Source of the DNA: Deltaproteobacteria bacterium
GTDB lineage: Bacteria > Myxococcota_A > UBA9160 > PR03
NCBI GenBank assembly: GCA_031396445.1
Contig: JANNKU010000028.1
Location: 20,651 to 84,650, forward strand
Length of the DNA: 64,000 nucleotides
Reading direction: 5' to 3'
Part shown: positions 62,268 through 64,000 of the stretch, piece by piece
Numbering within the stretch: the stretch's first letter is position 1
How the letters are laid out: the number at the start of each line of letters is the position of its first letter
Notes under the pieces: generated by a model
Seen by the model: the letters and a program-made list of their open reading frames with translations, nothing else
Told to the model about the DNA's origin: nothing
Database searches by the model: none
Translations under genes and position numbers: made by a program

Positions 62268-63473
62268 CGTCGCGAGCGCCTGCTCGAGATCGGCGACGAG
62301 GTCGTCGCCGTCCTCGACGCCGAGCGACAGCCGCACCAGCGAGTCCGTGATGCCGAGCGCGTAGCGCTCATCGCGCGACAAATCCCAGTACGACATCGTC
62401 GCGGGCATTTCGATCAGCGACTCGACACCGCCGAGGCTCGGGCCGATGTACGGGATGCGCACGCCGTCGATGAAGCGGCAGGTGGCGTCGAAGTCGGCTT
62501 CCAGCTCGAAGGTCACGACGCCGCCGAAGCCGCGCATCGTGCGCACCGCGACTGCGTGATCGGGATGACTCGCGAGTCCGGGGAACCAGACGCGCCGCAC
62601 CTTCGGGTGATCTTCGAGCCACTGCGCGATGCGCAGGCCGTTCGCGTTGTGGCGCTCCATGCGCAGCCCGAGCGTCTTCATGCCGCGCAGCAGAAGCCAT
62701 GCTGCGTGTGCATCGAGCACGCCGCCGAGAATGCCGACCGCCTCGCGCAGCGCGCCGATGATCGGCGCCGGCCCGATCGCCGCGCCGGCGAGCAGATCGT
62801 TGTGACCGCCGAGATATTTCGTCGCACTGTGGATCACGAGATCGGCGCCGTCGCCCAGCGCGCGGTGATTCACCGGCGACGCGAAGGTCGAGTCGATGAT
62901 CACCTTGACGCCGCGCGCATGGCAGACCTTGGCCGCCTCCGCGACATCGGTCACGCGCAGATACGGATTGGTGGGGCTCTCGGTGAAGAAGAGCTTCGTC
63001 TCGGGACGGATCGCCTCGGCCAGCTTCTGCGTGTTCGCCGGTTCGATCACCGTCGTCTCGACACCGAGCTTCGTCAGGTACTGACGGATGAACTGGCGCG
63101 TGCGCCGGTAGCAATCGCTCGTCACTACCATGTGTGAGCCCTGCGGCAGCATCGCCAAGAAGGTAGTCGTCGCGGCGCACATGCCCGATGCGAAGAGCAC
63201 CGCGTCGGCGCCGCCTTCGAGCTCCGCGAGTTTGCGCTCGACCGCGCGCCACGTCGGGTTGCCGTAGCGACCGTATTCGTCGCGCGCGCTGCGCCCTTCC
63301 TGGTACGCGCGCACTTCTTCCGAATCGCGGAACGTGTAGGTCGAAGTCTGGTGGATCGGGACGGTGATCGAGTGGCTCTCGCGCGATTCGCGCTCACCGC
63401 CGTGCACCGCGTTCGTGGAATCACCGCGACGCGGAATGGACGAGTCGCCCCCATCGGGTCGGCGTTCGCTCAT
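62262..63473 (-). CDS. Cys/Met-metabolism PLP-dependent enzyme (cystathionine gamma-synthase/beta-lyase family)
   Basis: 403 aa. PIHQTSTY, GRYGNPT, TESPTNP. PLP-lysine context IHSATKYLGGH. Confidence 0.85.
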   Translation of the reverse strand: MSERRPDGGDSSIPRRGDSTNAVHGGERESRESHSITVPIHQTSTYTFRDSEEVRAYQEGRSARDEYGRYGNPTWRAVERKLAELEGGADAVLFASGMCAATTTFLAMLPQGSHMVVTSDCYRRTRQFIRQYLTKLGVETTVIEPANTQKLAEAIRPETKLFFTESPTNPYLRVTDVAEAAKVCHARGVKVIIDSTFASPVNHRALGDGADLVIHSATKYLGGHNDLLAGAAIGPAPIIGALREAVGILGGVLDAHAAWLLLRGMKTLGLRMERHNANGLRIAQWLEDHPKVRRVWFPGLASHPDHAVAVRTMRGFGGVVTFELEADFDATCRFIDGVRIPYIGPSLGGVESLIEMPATMSYWDLSRDERYALGITDSLVRLSLGVEDGDDLVADLEQALATL

Positions 63474-63674
63474 GGTGCTGCTCTTCTCGAATGGCGCTTA
63501 GCAGTGGCGGGGGCTCCGAGGAACGCTCCTCGGGGGGCCTGCAAGCGTCAGAAATCGCCCCGCAGATCGCGACGAGTCGGTGGGAGCCGGCCAGCCGCAT
63601 CGATCAATTTGCAGATTAGGCGTGCCCCGGGGCCAGCGTCAACCGAGCACGCCCCGTCCCAAGCCTTGCCAATT

Positions 63675-63701
63675 CGAACAGATGATTGAAACATCCGTTC
63701 G
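63675..63701 (+). promoter_or_regulatory. Imperfect inverted repeat abutting the TetR start codon (candidate autoregulatory operator)
   Basis: cgaacagatg-attgaaa-catccgttcg: 10-bp arms, 1 mismatch, 7-nt spacer. It ends 1 nt before ATG 63702. Confidence 0.35.
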
Positions 63702-64000
63702 ATGTCTGCCAAAGCGCGCGCACTCCAGCGCACCCCGAGACCGGTGACCCGCGATCGCCTGATCGATGCGGCCGGCGCCGTCTTCGCCGAGCGTGGCTAT
63801 CGCGGCGCGACGATGCGAGAGATCGCCGACCGCTCCGGCGCGAACCTGGCCGCGGCGCACTACCACTTCGGTTCGAAGCAGGATCTCTATCGCGAAGTGG
63901 CGCGCGCCCACTTCGAGCGGCTCGAACGACGCCTCGCAGAAAGCGGCGGCGCGATCGACGCGAAGGCCACCGCGAAACTCTCGCGTCCCGAACTCGTCGC
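63702..64000 (+). CDS. TetR-family transcriptional regulator (3' end beyond the window)
   Basis: Not in the track (no stop). My translation: MSAKARALQRTPRPVTRDRLIDAAGAVFAERGYRGATMREIADRSGANLAAAHYHFGSKQDLYREV..., a TetR N-terminal HTH. Confidence 0.85.
   Translation, partial: MSAKARALQRTPRPVTRDRLIDAAGAVFAERGYRGATMREIADRSGANLAAAHYHFGSKQDLYREVARAHFERLERRLAESGGAIDAKATAKLSRPELV

Noticed and set aside
1-64000. tRNA, rRNA, tmRNA, RNase P, SRP RNA, IS elements, prophage genes
   Set aside because: I scanned the intergenic gaps for T-loop (GGTTCGA[AG]TCC) and other hallmark motifs. The only hits are inside coding regions. No transposase, integrase or phage structural gene is present.

Overview
This is a 64-kb, very GC-rich chromosomal segment from a diderm bacterium. 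Evidence for diderm: lnt, class-A PBP, PBP4, TolB-like propeller, GspA/GspB-like pair and lipoproteins. Two sigma-54 activators and PEP-CTERM-like sorting signals suggest a Myxococcota/Deltaproteobacteria-like lineage, but that taxonomic call is inference only.

I support about 45 protein genes, nearly all in tightly coupled operons with ATGA/GTGA/TGATG start-stop overlaps. I found no rRNA, tRNA, CRISPR array, transposase or integrase. Because of the GC content the ORF track is dominated by long spurious off-frame or antisense ORFs with Arg/Ala/Pro-rich translations. I kept only frames with recognisable domain motifs, signal peptides or coupling signals.

Gene content, in order:
- MMPL exporter, histidine kinase and response regulator operon, divergent from a sensor-less sigma-54 activator that has its own TGGCAC-N5-TTGC promoter.
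- An orphan HicB-like antitoxin.
- A secreted lipoprotein hydrolase.
- A Zn-ribbon gene followed by a tandem ArsA/GET3 ATPase pair.
- A BtuF-like binding protein and an AMIN-domain protein.
- A five-ORF operon: a giant Ig-like/NHL surface protein, a CarboxypepD_reg membrane protein, a zinc-PLC-like::TolB-propeller fusion and a parvulin-like lipoprotein.
- coaW.
- A GspA/GspB-like pair leading a glycan-modification locus: Wzx, GT2, SGNH, GMC oxidoreductase, SDR, sulfotransferase, plus two secreted proteins sharing an EFxPEx-TM-RRR C-terminus.
- lnt; a rhomboid-sirtuin-DUF4097 operon; LLM oxidoreductase and Nudix.
- An alpha/beta hydrolase bracketed by repeats; a histidine kinase; PBP1A; gshB.
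- A small basic repeat protein; an NtrC-type regulator.
- Esterase, methyltransferase, SDR, flavin monooxygenase and extradiol dioxygenase with a TetR regulator.
- PBP4, ogt, a Cys/Met-metabolism PLP enzyme, and a second TetR.

Most notable observations:
1. Two intergenic repeat families that no gene model explains. One is a hairpin element with compensatory stem changes (at least 7 copies). The other is a MITE-like foldback element with 26- to 33-bp perfect inverted repeats (3 copies). Both donate stop codons to neighbouring genes.
2. Three discrete ORF-breaking lesions: exact 13-bp and 25-bp tandem duplications and one in-frame TAG. Their in-silico reversal restores clearly better proteins.
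3. The PEP-CTERM-like, possibly sulfated, glycan locus has no exosortase in the window.
4. The giant-adhesin/PLC-TolB operon.

I cannot name a single proven new system. The candidates are ranked in findings.
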